DNA from: Octopus bimaculoides
Lineage: Eukaryota
DNA length: 41,695 nucleotides
NCBI RefSeq assembly: GCF_001194135.2
Contig: NC_068986.1
Location: forward strand, 4,843,441 to 4,885,135
Direction: 5' to 3'
The position numbers were made by a program, and so were the translations under genes. The stretch's first letter is position 1. Each line of letters begins with the position of its first letter. The notes beneath the pieces are model-generated. The model was not told the DNA's origin, ran no database searches, and saw nothing but the letters and a program-made list of their open reading frames with translations. Below, piece after piece: positions 1-11,609 of the stretch.

Positions 1-629
1 ATATATATATATTTATTTATTTATTTGTACATAGGTTTCGTTCGATTTTGAATGTTTGTATTTCTCTGTACATTCCAGGATATGTGTTATAGTAGAGTCT
101 ATCAAAAATTTGATATATAAGTATGTGCAAGTCTATTTCCTCAGCAAAAACAATCAGCTACACACACATTTTGACACCACTCATATTTCAACTCAACTTA
201 TCCAACTCTAAGTTGATGTGTCGCTATATTTTATATCTAACTTACTAGTGACACTTTGGCTATAGACCTAGCTGTTAAGACTGAATATCACAGACACACA
301 CACACACACACACACACATGCATTCACACACAAGGCAGACTGGCTGTCACTTGGAATTGGGTAAAGATGTCTATCAATTGAATGTCCATGCATGACTTCT
401 GTTTAGATGATGCAATAACCGTGCATAGTTCTTGAAATAAATTATTTTGGATTTTTGGATGCTGTGACATGAAATTACCCACAGTTACATGTCATTTTAT
501 ACAAGACTGAAATTCCCATACAAACAGACCATATCTCTGAGAATAAACCAGAATTTTGCTACATTAAATATTTCATCAATATTCATTTTAAAGTATGGTC
601 AATTCGAACACAGCTAATTTATCTTTTAT

Positions 630-1045
630 TTTTCACTTAGTTCAGTCATCGAACTGCGGCCATGCCGGAGCACAACTTTGAAGGATTTAGTCAAACAAAT
701 CAGCTCCAGTCAGTTTTTTTTTTTTAAGAAAGTATGTTACTTATTCTATCCTCTCTTTTGCTGAACTGCTAAGTCATGCAAATGTGAAGAGGCTAACACC
801 AGTTGTGAAGTAGCAGGGAGAACAAACACCAAACACACACACACACACTTATATTCATATATGTATACAGACATACATAGATACATATACACACACACAG
901 AATTGAGTTTCACACTGTTTTCCATTTACTAAATTCATTCACAAGGCACTGGTCAGCCCTGGGCTGTGTAGTAGAAGACATTTGCCCAAGGTGCCACACA
1001 GTGGAACGGAACCTGAAATTAAGTGTTTGCAATACAAGCTTCTGT
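630..1045 (-). mobile_element. tRNA-derived SINE, family A (degenerate copy, internal CA/TA microsatellite)
   Basis: Reverse complement matches the copies at 19635-20050 and 24833-25185 (ttgcccaaggtgccacacagtgg, gctgaactgctaagt, ggccatgccggagcac). Confidence 0.8.
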
Positions 1046-2630
1046 TTGATTTTTTTTTTTTTTTTTAATTACCACTTAACCAAAGGATGGTCATATCTCC
1101 ATCCTGCCCAGTCACCATTTCCAGGGCTTCTTAGAATGGTAGGAGAAAGAGAGAAAGTTTACCTCAGACAGGAGGTGTTGATGACGTCAAATAATCATTC
1201 TAAGAATTCAGTCAATATTAACAATACTATGGTTATTGGCAATTCTTTGCTAAGCATCAATCACATTCTTAACATCTTTACATCTAGACATTGTTATTAA
1301 GATAAGCTTTCAGGGTGAAGAAGTTCTATAACTAATCACCTTTGACTAAGTAATGTATTTGTTTTTTATATAATTTAATCTAAAGAAGATAATGGTATCC
1401 ATAACCCATGGAAACTCACCAAGATAAGTGACACAGTTCTCAGAAACTGGCCAAATCTCTGCTGTTGTATGTACACAAGTTGTGATGGGTAAAATTTGGG
1501 CAGAAATTGAATTCCCTAGGATTACAGTTAAGGAAGACAGAAGAGTGATATTTACTTTGGTGTGTGTGTGTGTGTGTGTGTGTGTGTTGTAAGAAAGTGA
1601 GTGTGTGTGTTGTAAGAAAGTGAGTGTGTGTGAGTGTTTTATTAGAGATAGCCCTTTAAGTCATTAATGTACACAAGAAGATGTATGTGAGATACCCAAA
1701 CCCTGAAATGGAAAGGAGCCAACAAAAAGTGTATCAGAGGGAGCCCTCATCAACTTCACATGCATGCACACACCACACACTATGCTGGAATGTTCTGTCA
1801 GACAATTCCTAATCCAAGAGATGAAAGCTAGGGCTGGAAGTCCTATACAGACCATTTTTCTAAGACAGCCAGCTAGTAATTATGGTGAGAGACAACAACT
1901 CCTCCAAAGCCATGACAGTCAAGATAGTTTCATAAGATTTAAGAGATATTTCTAATTAAATGTGGCTGAACAGAAATCTTACAGGTAATCAATGAATAGG
2001 GAGAAGGACTTGTGGTGATAATAGGGTGGTTGTTTATGACAGCCATCAGAATCTTTTAGATATTAGAAGTGAGTTGTAGACAGGTGTTTAACAAGTTCAG
2101 AGTTGTTCATTATGAAAATGGTATAATGTGAGTGTCTAACATTAAATTCCTCATACAGATGAGACATAATGTTTGTGAAGTTAAACTGATGAACTTCTGA
2201 CTACATGAAGAGATGCAAAAAAAAAAAAAAAAAAAAAATTAGAAGCAATATTAGATTAAAATAGCCATCTATATATCTTACTTGATGTAAATACATCATT
2301 CAAAGGCGAATTTATGGTGGTATTCATCTAAAGATAACATCTATTATAGATGGGCAATGTTTTAAAATACAATATATGTTAGAAGGAAACAATAGTTATC
2401 TTAACAGTGACTTGTGAGAATGCCAGATGCATTTCAGCCTAGTTGGACCTTATGAATAGTGTGTACTCACAGCCAGCCACATGCTTAGTCAAGATTTGTT
2501 ACCTGCAATATATAGAAAACAGTGAACAGACATTTGCTGGTATTGCAAAAAGCTACCCAGCTAAATTAAAATCCATTATGTGCAATAGAAGCAGTACTAA
2601 ATAAAAAATAACCTTCCATGTATTGTACTC

Positions 2631-2947
2631 AATGTGAATACATTATTGAGGCAATTTTACTGCAGTATTCATCCAAAGATAACATCTCTTATCGATATGC
2701 TGTGTTTAAAAATACAATATATGTCAGAGGGAGATGAAAATCATCCCAACAGAAATTTAATGAGTACATGCCACTGACAAGGCCCAACAAGGTTGAAATG
2801 TATCTGATGTTCTTGCTAGCTACTGCTGCAATGATTTTCTGTCTCCTTCTGATACATATTGTGCTTTTAAATACAGAATGATCATAAGAAGTGTTATTTC
2901 TGAATGAATACTGCAGTAAATTTGCCTTCCAACAATGTATTTACATT
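2631..2947. repeat. Imperfect inverted repeat (arms about 2631-2744 and 2831-2947); a third arm copy lies at about 2286-2400
   Basis: aatgtgaatacattattgaggcaattttactgcagtattcatcc... is mirrored by ...tgaatgaatactgcagtaaatttgccttccaacaatgtatttacatt; gtattcatc.aaagataacatct recurs at 2320 and 2665. Confidence 0.7.
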
Positions 2948-4487
2948 AAATGATACATAGATGGTAAATTTACAAAATAAGTTAAAAATGCAGATGACAT
3001 ATTTCAGTTATTTAAATGAGATTCTAATAATTTACCATTGGTTAATCATCCAGTTTTTTTTTTTTTTCAGCTCAGTCTCATGTCACACCCATGTAACACC
3101 CATGTCACACCCATGTAAAGTTTAATATTGTGAGGATCTAATCAAATTGCCTTTCTTCTGAGATATCATCAGGCTACTTTTATCTTTAGACACATTTTAA
3201 AGGCCATTTGAAGAATTTCTCATTCTTTACATATCAACTATTTTATTCCATATTTATATGATTTCATATGACTATCAGATTTCAACAACTAAGAGCACTT
3301 TACAGATAGAAATGTTTCATGGCTAGAAACATTCTGAGTTGTCTCCCTTGTTTGTTTAACCCAACAATGACGTTAACTAATCCCTCATATCCCTAACCAC
3401 CATATCAAACTCTGCTATGGTTATTTTCATTGTTGAAAATATTGGAAATAATGAACTCCACACTTTTTATTGCTAATAATCTTCTGTTATAATTAAATTA
3501 TTAATTTATCTAATTTCCCAGTGTCACTCAACACTTTTTGATATACATATTTCTATACAGAAAGTTATTTCTATAGAGCTTGAAGGTAAGATTAAATCCT
3601 ATGTTCCCAATGATGAAATCATATAAAGCTTAAATTTTGAGTCATATCCTTGTTTGTTTAATCAGATAGTAATTGAGTTAATCTGTAGTGTTTTCCCCTT
3701 ATCACTGTTTTTAACTCCTACTATAGTTATTTCTGGTATTATAAACTTTGGTAAATCATCAACCCACCTTTTTTATTTCTCAGTACCTTTGTTTTCAATT
3801 TTGCATTGTACATGCTACAAAGCATACTTAACTAGCTTCCTTTCAAAGCTAAATAGAGCTTCCATTTCTGTTTCCCATCATGCATCTGAAACATGCATCA
3901 TGTTTTTTGTCTTCTAAACTACAATATATTCTCTTATAGAAATTGTTTGCTAAGAAAATGTATTACTAATTATTAATAATGGCCAAAAGCATAAGCGTGA
4001 CCTGTTGCATGCATGCAGTGATATTGTAGAACATGACTGCCTGCAAATGTACTGAGAAATATTAGGATATTGAAGTTTGATAATCATTTACATCAGTTGG
4101 AAGAATATCTGATATCTTATTTCAAACTAATTCATTTAGGTTATATTATTGATGTCTTTGAGAAAGAAATGAATGTCACTATTTAATCCATCCAGTCTAT
4201 TATAATACAGCAATGAGACAGAAGAGCTTTAGCAATTTCTTTTATTTATTCATTTATTTTTTTTTGTGTGTGTGTGTTTTTAATAGCAGTGACAACACAA
4301 ATTTTATCACAACTAATGTCAGAAATATTCTGTAAATTGTACTAAAATTACCTTCATTTTTCCACAATTTGTTCTCATCTCAAATGACAATCTTAGATTC
4401 CTCAAACCCTTGTTATTTTGGATGTTTTCTGTTGTCACAGTTTTCTACTTTTTCAACCCATGCCAGCATGGAAAATGGACGTTAAAC

Positions 4488-4492
4488 AATGA

Positions 4493-4523
<31 letters not shown>

Positions 4524-4581
4524 AGTGGTGGCGGCGGCGACGACAATGACAATGATGATGATGATGAGGAGGAGGAGGAGG
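4488..4581. repeat. Compound trinucleotide microsatellite (GAT)n(GGT)n(GGC)n(GAT)n(GAG)n
   Basis: Seen directly. Confidence 0.9.
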
Positions 4582-4614
4582 ATGTTCCAATTGTTTTCAA
4601 ATTTTTGATTGAAT

Positions 4615-4790
4615 AGAATGCAGTATTCGTTCCAGCTCTTTACATTTTGTGTTCAAATCTCAGCAAGGTCAACTTTGCCTTTCATTCTTCCAGGGTCAAC
4701 AAAATAAAATACCAGTCAAATACTGGTGTTGATATAATCAAATATTCATCTCCCCACGGAATTCTTGGCTTTGTGTTATATAAGACATTT
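4615..4790 (+). mobile_element. SINE-like family B, degenerate copy
   Basis: gttcaaatctcagcaaggtcaactttgcctttcattc...aaaataaaataccagtc matches the copy at 19395-19620. Confidence 0.65.
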
Positions 4791-5401
4791 ATAATTAGTG
4801 AGGCGCTCAACCAGATTTGATAGACAAATGAACAGAAAGTAATGTAAATTTGTGAATTCGTAGCTTTCAGCTAGGTCACAAGTACCTCAGTGAAATTACT
4901 TTCTTTCCTTACTTAATTATAACCAAAAAAAAAAATAGTATATGTACTTTTAATTTTAATTTTTTTATCTCAATTTCATATTCCTTATTGTTACTGAAAG
5001 CTACTTTTGTAATTCAACTATGTGCGAGTATTCAAACACAATTTGGATTTTAACCCATTTTGAAAATAAATTCATTAATAAGTGTAATGATTAATCCAAA
5101 GAAAGTGAAAACGTCTATTGCTGCTATAGGTCTCTGAAGGAAAAAAACCTTTTTCCTTTTTTTTTTTTTGTAATTACATTTCTCAAGATGAATATAATAC
5201 AATAGATTGATTACANNNNNNNNNNNNNNNNNNNNNNNNNNNNNNNNNNNNNNNNNNNNNNNNNNNNNNNNNNNNNNNNNNNNNNNNNNNNNNNNNNNNN
5301 NAATAGTAGATAACTATGAAAATATCTATATTGTTTTGCATTTGTGTTGATGGAATATTATAGTATTTTCAAAATATTCTACGCATGGAAAACACTTTAC
5401 C

Positions 5402-5795
5402 TTTACTCTTTTACTTGTTTCAGTCATTTGATTGTGGCCATGCTGAAGCACCACCTTTAGTTGATCAAATCGACCCCCAGGAGCTATTCCTTCTAAGCCT
5501 GGTACTTATTCTATCAGTCTCTTTTGCCAGACTGCTAAGTTACAGGGACGTAAACACACCAGCATTGGTTGTCAAGCGATGTTGGGGGACAAACAGACAC
5601 ATATATATATATATATACATATGCATATATACGACGGGCTTCTTTCAGTTTCCATCTACCAAATCCACTCACAGGGCTTTGGTCGGCTCGAGGCTATAGT
5701 AGAAGACACTTGCCCAAGGTGCCACACAGTGGGACTGAACCCAGAACCATGTGGTTGGTAGGCAAGCTACTTACCACCTAGCCACTCCTGTGCCT
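5402..5795 (-). mobile_element. tRNA-derived SINE, family A, near full length
   Basis: Reverse strand shows A-box-like tggctaggtgg, B-box ggttcagtccc, conserved body, internal (TA)n and an aaaagagtaaaag tail. Confidence 0.9.
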
Positions 5796-6339
5796 TTGAT
5801 AAATTTTAGTTTTTTTGAGGAGAAAAAAATTTACCATGAATTTATATAAATTAGCACATAGTGCAGGATCACACAAACACACACATGCATATTCAAAAAA
5901 GTTTCAATTCAAACTTTAGTGCTCATTCTATTCATGTGTTACAGCACACAACCCACTAAAATACCGCCATGCTCTGCTGGTGGGTGAGGAATAGCCCAGT
6001 GTCTTATTATCAATTTTAGTAAACTTGATTTAAGTTACTGAAATATTAAAAAGAGTTAAAACTGTGAAAAAGGAAATAAACTTGTGGTGGTTTTACCAAC
6101 AATTCTGTCTCTGGAAAACCACGTCTTTCACTTGTTTCAGTTACTGACCTGCAACTAAGATGAGGCACCACCTTTAAAGATGTTGGTATTTGAAACTTAA
6201 CCACATGTTCAGTTAGGAATTGTAAGTGAGCCACCAGTTTCATGTAACTTATCTATAGATTGACCAACCAGTGTGGAACTTTGACAAGATATGGCTCCTT
6301 CGATGATTTAAAATTTGTCCCTTTTTCATCCTGTAAAAA

Positions 6340-7420
6340 AATGGTCACAACAGTAGCAGAGACGACAGTAGTAGGGATGACAGTACCAATAAGTACCAAT
6401 AATAGCAGCAACTGAGGCATGAACAGGACCAGCAGCAGCACCATCAGCAGCGATAACAATAACAACATCAACGACAGCAAAAACAGTATCTCTAACAGCA
6501 ACAGCAACTTCAGCAACTTCCCCAACAACTGCTACGGTAGCAGGCTTGACAGTTCCAATAGTAGCAGCAGAGGCACAAACAGAACCAGTATCCCTAATGG
6601 AAATAGCAGCAGAGGCATCCCCAATGGTATCTATAACAGCAGTGACAGCATCTCCATCAACGACAATGACCATAACAACAACAGCACCCTTACCAATAGC
6701 AGTAGCGACAACACCAACACTATCACCACCTCCAATAACGCCAACACCAATGGTAGTAGCTACGCAAACACCAACAGACTCAGCAACGCCAACACCCAGC
6801 CACAGAGATACATCGGTTGCTCCAGTAACACATTCAAACAACACCTTTCCAACCATAGATCCTCCTTTAGGATACCGGAAAGAAGATACATTACATCACT
6901 AGCCAGCCGAGTATGGCAGCTGAAAGACGATAGGATCCCATACACACTAGCATGGAGAATCCTTGAAAATCCAGACCCGTAGATAAACAGGACCAAGCAT
7001 TGTAAACTATGCATAGAAGAATGGGCGAGGATTCTAAAGGACTCCCTCGACTTGGGGAACATTTTTAATTCTAGAATGGAGGTCTTTGACTGTGCTTGCA
7101 TTTCAGGAAATTCCTGTTGGCCTATTGGAATCCACAATGTAATAAGGTCGATTGCAATCGATGGACAAAGGGGGACAATCCCCTGTTGTTGACTTGAGAA
7201 GCGAGCTCCTTTCTTCCTCCATATTCTAGAGAGGCCACTTGCTAGAGAGGCTTTAAGCCAACAGGTTTTGGGATCTGAGGATACACCATAAAGCTAAGTG
7301 CCTTATGGACATGAAACCCAGGGTAATCCCATAAACCAGCCTGATCTAACTTCATATTATATACTGCTCTATAACTTAGAGAGTGATTCTTTTCCGGATT
7401 TGTGTTTTACCGACAATCAC
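6340..7420 (+). mobile_element. 5'-truncated Penelope-like element: low-complexity segment, GIY-YIG C-terminal half and HHR-bearing 3' end
   Basis: Frame of ORF 6419-6982 gives RYIGCSSNTFKQHLSNHRSSFRIPERRYITSLASRVWQLKDDRIPYTLAWRILENPDP*INRTKHCKLCIEEWARIL...FNSRMEVF, the YIG/NH..SF/W.L/W.IL/C.LC pattern of PLE endonucleases. It has an internal stop and ends next to a short TA run. Confidence 0.85.
7264..7337 (+). ncRNA. Type I hammerhead ribozyme (minimal PLE type)
   Basis: Stem I GGTTTTGGGAT/ATCCCATAAACC; core CTGAGGA (7275-7281, fits CUGANGA); stem II CCATAA..CTTATGG; GAAAC (7313-7317); stem III ACCC-A-GGGT; cleavage triplet GTA (7323-7325). Confidence 0.8.
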
Positions 7421-7434
7421 TATATATATGTATA

Positions 7435-7800
7435 AGTGCAGACATAGTTGCATCCCAACTATGTGGTCTTGAGTTCAGTCCCACTGCATGGAACCTTTTA
7501 CTATAGCCTCAGGTTGATCAAAATCTTGTAAGTGAATTTGGCAGGCAGAAACTGAAAGAATCTTGTCGTATGTGTGTGTGTATGTATGTATGTGTATGTG
7601 TGTGTGTGTTTGTGTGTGTGTGAGTATGTTTGTGTTTGTCTCCCACCTCCACTTGACAACCAGTGTTTGATTGCTTATGTAACTTAGCAGTTTGGCAAAG
7701 AGACCAATAAATAATGGGATCAGTTACTTCAACTAAACCCTTCAAGGTGGTACCTCAGTATGGCTGAAGTTCAATGACTGGAACAAATGAAAGATAAATG
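7435..7800 (+). mobile_element. SINE family A, degenerate
   Basis: gagttcagtcccactgcatgg, gaaactgaaagaatc, internal (TG)n, cttgacaaccagtg, aacttagcagtttggcaaagagacc. Confidence 0.8.
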
Positions 7801-8831
7801 ATACTTAATTAATTATAGGTTCTATTGCATCTCCGAAGTCACTTTGTGAACTTCCTGTTAATGTTGCCTTGTCTTTGAGTATTAAAATGTACAAAAACAT
7901 TTCCAAACAATGTACGAATTGTCACAACTTCAAGTAGATAGATTAATCCATTCATTTAATGCAATTACATTTTAGAGTTCTCACTAAAATTCGGCTTAAG
8001 AAAACGTTTGGAAAAATATGGCAGTTCTATCATAACAGAGGTATTAAATCTGTCCCTTATTGGTTTATTTTTAACGCGACACATGTTTGTTTCACGTCAA
8101 TATTTTGAGAGTAAAACACTTGAGCTTAAATAAATATATATTTATTTATTTTCTTCGTGTATCCTACTTGTAGTTCAATGGATTTAAAAGCGTTGCTATA
8201 TTTTCATTTTTTTTTTTTGTTTTTTTTTGCTGTTGTTGGTGCTGCTAAAGTGAAATTAATTTTATTCTTGTGATATGTATTTAAAGAAAACCCATTTCTC
8301 TTTGGTAATTGTAGAAATATGGAGAATATTCATTTCTGACTTGAAGGATTTCTTCAAACGTTTTCCATAAATGGAAAACTGTTTGCTTTGATTTCGTGTC
8401 TCATTTTGTAAACAAAACAATTGATGTTTTTATATGTCTTAAAGGAATAAATGTATTATTTAGATAATTAGTCTAGTAAANNNNNNNNNNNNNNNNNNNN
8501 NNNNNNNNNNNNNNNNNNNNNNNNNNNNNNNNNNNNNNNNNNNNNNNNNNNNNNNNNNNNNNNNNNNNNNNNNNNNNNNNNNNNNNNNNNNNNNNNNNNN
8601 NNNNNNNNNNNNNNNNNNNNNNNNNNNNNNNNNNNNNNNNNNNNNNNNNNNNNNNNNNNNNNNNNNNNNNNNNNNNNNNNNNNNNNNNNNNNNNNNNNNN
8701 NNNNNNNNNNNNNNNNNNNNNNNNNNNNNNNNNNNNNNNNNNNNNNNNNNNNNNNNNNNNNNNNNNNNNNNNNNNNNNNNNNNNNNNNNNNNNNNNNNNN
8801 NNNNNNNNNNNNNNNNNNNNNNNNNNNNNNN

Positions 8832-9050
8832 CTCCGAGAGTGTAGTCGGTGCTTTTACGTGCCACTGGCACGAGGGCCAGTCAAGCGGTACTGGCAATGG
8901 CCACGCTCAAAGAGGTGTTTTTTATATTCCACCTGCACGGCGGCACTGGCAACGACCTCGTTCAAATGATTTTCTAACGTGCCACCAGCACAAGTGCTAG
9001 AAGTTGACGCTGGTAATGATTACACTCAAATGGTGCTATTTACGGGCAGT
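8832..9050. repeat. GC-rich unclassified repeat with internally repeated units (acgtgccac...ggca...cacgctcaaa...ggtg)
   Basis: The units recur at least twice within 220 bp, next to an assembly gap. Confidence 0.5.
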
Positions 9051-9349
9051 ATGTTATGGATCTAAAAAAAAAAAAGCACAGTTGTTACAAAAGTCATGCA
9101 TGGAAAAGCTTTCAGAGCAAAAGATTATATATATTTTTAATTATTGTCTTTATTTAAGATTTATTGGTCAGGCATAATAACTTGTGATCAAGAATCAAAG
9201 GATTATTTTCTTTGTCAGGGAAAAAGGTCACTTTTGAAATGCACATCAAAAGGGATAGAATATTATTAGAGCAGGGAGGGAAAAGGGTAGAGAGAGTGGG
9301 GGAAAGAGGGAGAGAAAGTGGAATAAGACAAAAAGAATGAAATGCTAAC

Positions 9350-10520
9350 ATGTGTTAATACAGGTTCCTGCCAATCAGGCACACTTTTCAGAAACCTACT
9401 CGAGGAGGTTAGCAACCCTAACCCTAACCCTAACCTATTTTCAAAAGAGATTTTCGACATCACAACCAAGAAGTACAGTGAGGCTCTGACCGCCAGTGGT
9501 CTTACGAATAAGTTTAGGAATATGCCCATCCCTGACTCCACTGTAATGTCATAAGGTTTACACCCTCATTTTCTCTGAACGTAAAACATATGTAGGTAGG
9601 AGCTTGCTTAGTTTAGTTGAGAAACACTTCCCTCAAACACATCGATACAGGAAAATATTTAATGGAGAGTCTCTTTCAGCTGTACTCCTGGCATAAAGAT
9701 AATAATATTACTATGTAGACTTAAGCCTGAAACACAAGCAGGGTCTTCATGCAAACATATTCGCTTAACAGGCTTCACAATACAGAAACCAGTAAGTAAT
9801 AAGTGGAGGCATCGTCTAAGGATACAAACGGAGTAACAGATGTGCTAGAATATAGGAGAATAACAGAAAGTCCCTTGAGAGCTTTTAGCAACCACAACTC
9901 CTCGATTAGTATCCAAAAGAAGTAAAATTTTACATTATCTAACGAAGCATATATGGACAATGAAGGGAAAAAACTGCATGTTAAGACATAAAGTGGAGGA
10001 TACTGGAAACGTATAAACCTCACTTTAACAACAGTTAGAGATGCAGGCTCTGCTTGGCTGAGAAAAGGATCATATCAAAGAACTCTCTCCACCCGGGCAC
10101 TTATCTAAACTGGAAGAGTGAGGTTTTCCACTCTTGCCCTTATGAACGCAGATTTTACCTACCATACTGACCCACTGCATCATTATTATAAGCTTTAGAG
10201 CACCCCCAACGGCTTTTCCCTTCTCTGAAATTTGAGAAATATAAGACTTGTCACACCCAACTGTAATATGCATACACACTTACATGTACACACACGATTA
10301 ACCCTCCCCTATCATCGCTTCCCCAACTCTATCCCGTTGTTCCCTACAAGCAAACATCCCTCATACCATGGTGATTCTGACAGTTCCCAAGTCAAGTGTT
10401 ACAACTCCAATGAACTAAAACATTTTCTTTCTGAGATTTAATCTGAGCGATTTCGTTATGTAAGACTCACAGGCCAGAAGTGATAATTCCGGACCGCCTT
10501 TAGCATAAAGCCCACGTCAT
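9350..10520 (+). mobile_element. Penelope-like element remnant (RT thumb, linker, GIY-YIG), frameshifted
   Basis: Across frames: TLFRNLLEEVS..NLFSKEIFDITTKKYSEALTASG; RFTPSFSLNVK/TYVGRSLLSLVEKHFPQTHRYRKIFN; EYRRITE..FSNHNSS; KHIWTMK; DIKWRILETYKP..RCRLCLAEKRII..YLNWKSEVFHSCPYERRF. Confidence 0.85.
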
Positions 10521-11404
10521 ACTTTTCCTTTTAGCTTGTTCAAATGATTACTGGGGTCACCTCAGCCACTGGCATGAAACTGATTGGTAAAGTGGCTAAT
10601 ATGAGAATATAATATTGTATTGTATGTATATATATATATATATATATNNNNNNNNNNNNNNNNNNNNNNNNNNNNNNNNNNNNNNNNNNNNNNNNNNNNN
10701 NNNNNNNNNNNNNNNNNNNNNNNNNNNNNNNNNNNNNNNNNNNNNNNNNNNNNNNNNNNNNNTATATATATCATATAACATATATATATATATCATATAT
10801 ATATACACGCACACACATGCATACATATATACACACACACATAATATATTATGTATGTTATATACACATGTATACATATGATTTTGTGCGTGTGTTATAA
10901 ACATATGCAAAGACTCACATGCGCGCGCGTGTGTACGTGCAGGTGGGTGTGCATGCACTCATGCGTGCATTTGCTTTTATTTTCTTGTCTATGTTGAATG
11001 TAACTTTAACTCCCTCACCAATGTTATAAACCTATCACACAAGATAAACAAAAGTTACAAAATACATGTACTATCGATGTGATATCAATTGAAGTGATGT
11101 TACAGACATTTCTCATTGGCTGTTTTGACAGCATTCAGCTAAAAACATCTTTATTCTTCAATTAATACAAAAATACAATATCTACAATCTTTCTATTTTT
11201 TTATTATTGATGGAACCAAACTACAGGAGTGAAAAGTTTTAAAACTATTCTTATTTCAGAAACACATTTTATCATTTCTCTCTCCACGTGGTTTGAAATT
11301 TAGACTAAATTTCTGCTGAATTACTAGGGAAAGAACACAAAGATAGTGCCATGCAAATATATATGTGTGTGCGTGCGTGTGTGTGTGTGTGTGTGCGTGC
11401 GTGT

Positions 11405-11608
11405 GTGTGCGCGCGTGTGTATCGTTGGCGATTTTCTTTCTCCACCTTCCCTTCTTTGGACTTCTATATTTCTGATGAAGAGCTCTGCTCGAAACGTGAT
11501 CCTCTTTCTTTTCCTTCCTTTCCTGAGCGTCCAATAACACAGTACTTACACTACGTCCTCGCGTCGTTGTTTTCTTCTTGCTTGTTCTTGTTTGAATTGA
11601 CTATATAT
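11405..11608 (+). mobile_element. PLE-type 3' end fragment with degenerate HHR (11472-11498)
   Basis: CTGATGA-A-GAGC-TCT-GCTC-GAAAC-GT, then a pyrimidine-rich tail ending at TA repeats. Confidence 0.6.
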
Positions 11609-11609
11609 A

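Noticed and set aside
4410-4616. ORF with poly-D/G/E
   Set aside because: It is a translation of a compound trinucleotide microsatellite, with no splice or homology support.
6326-6856. 176-aa Val/Ala/Gly-rich ORF and 91-aa Leu-rich ORF on the minus strand
   Set aside because: They are antisense shadows of the ACA/GCA-rich low-complexity segment.
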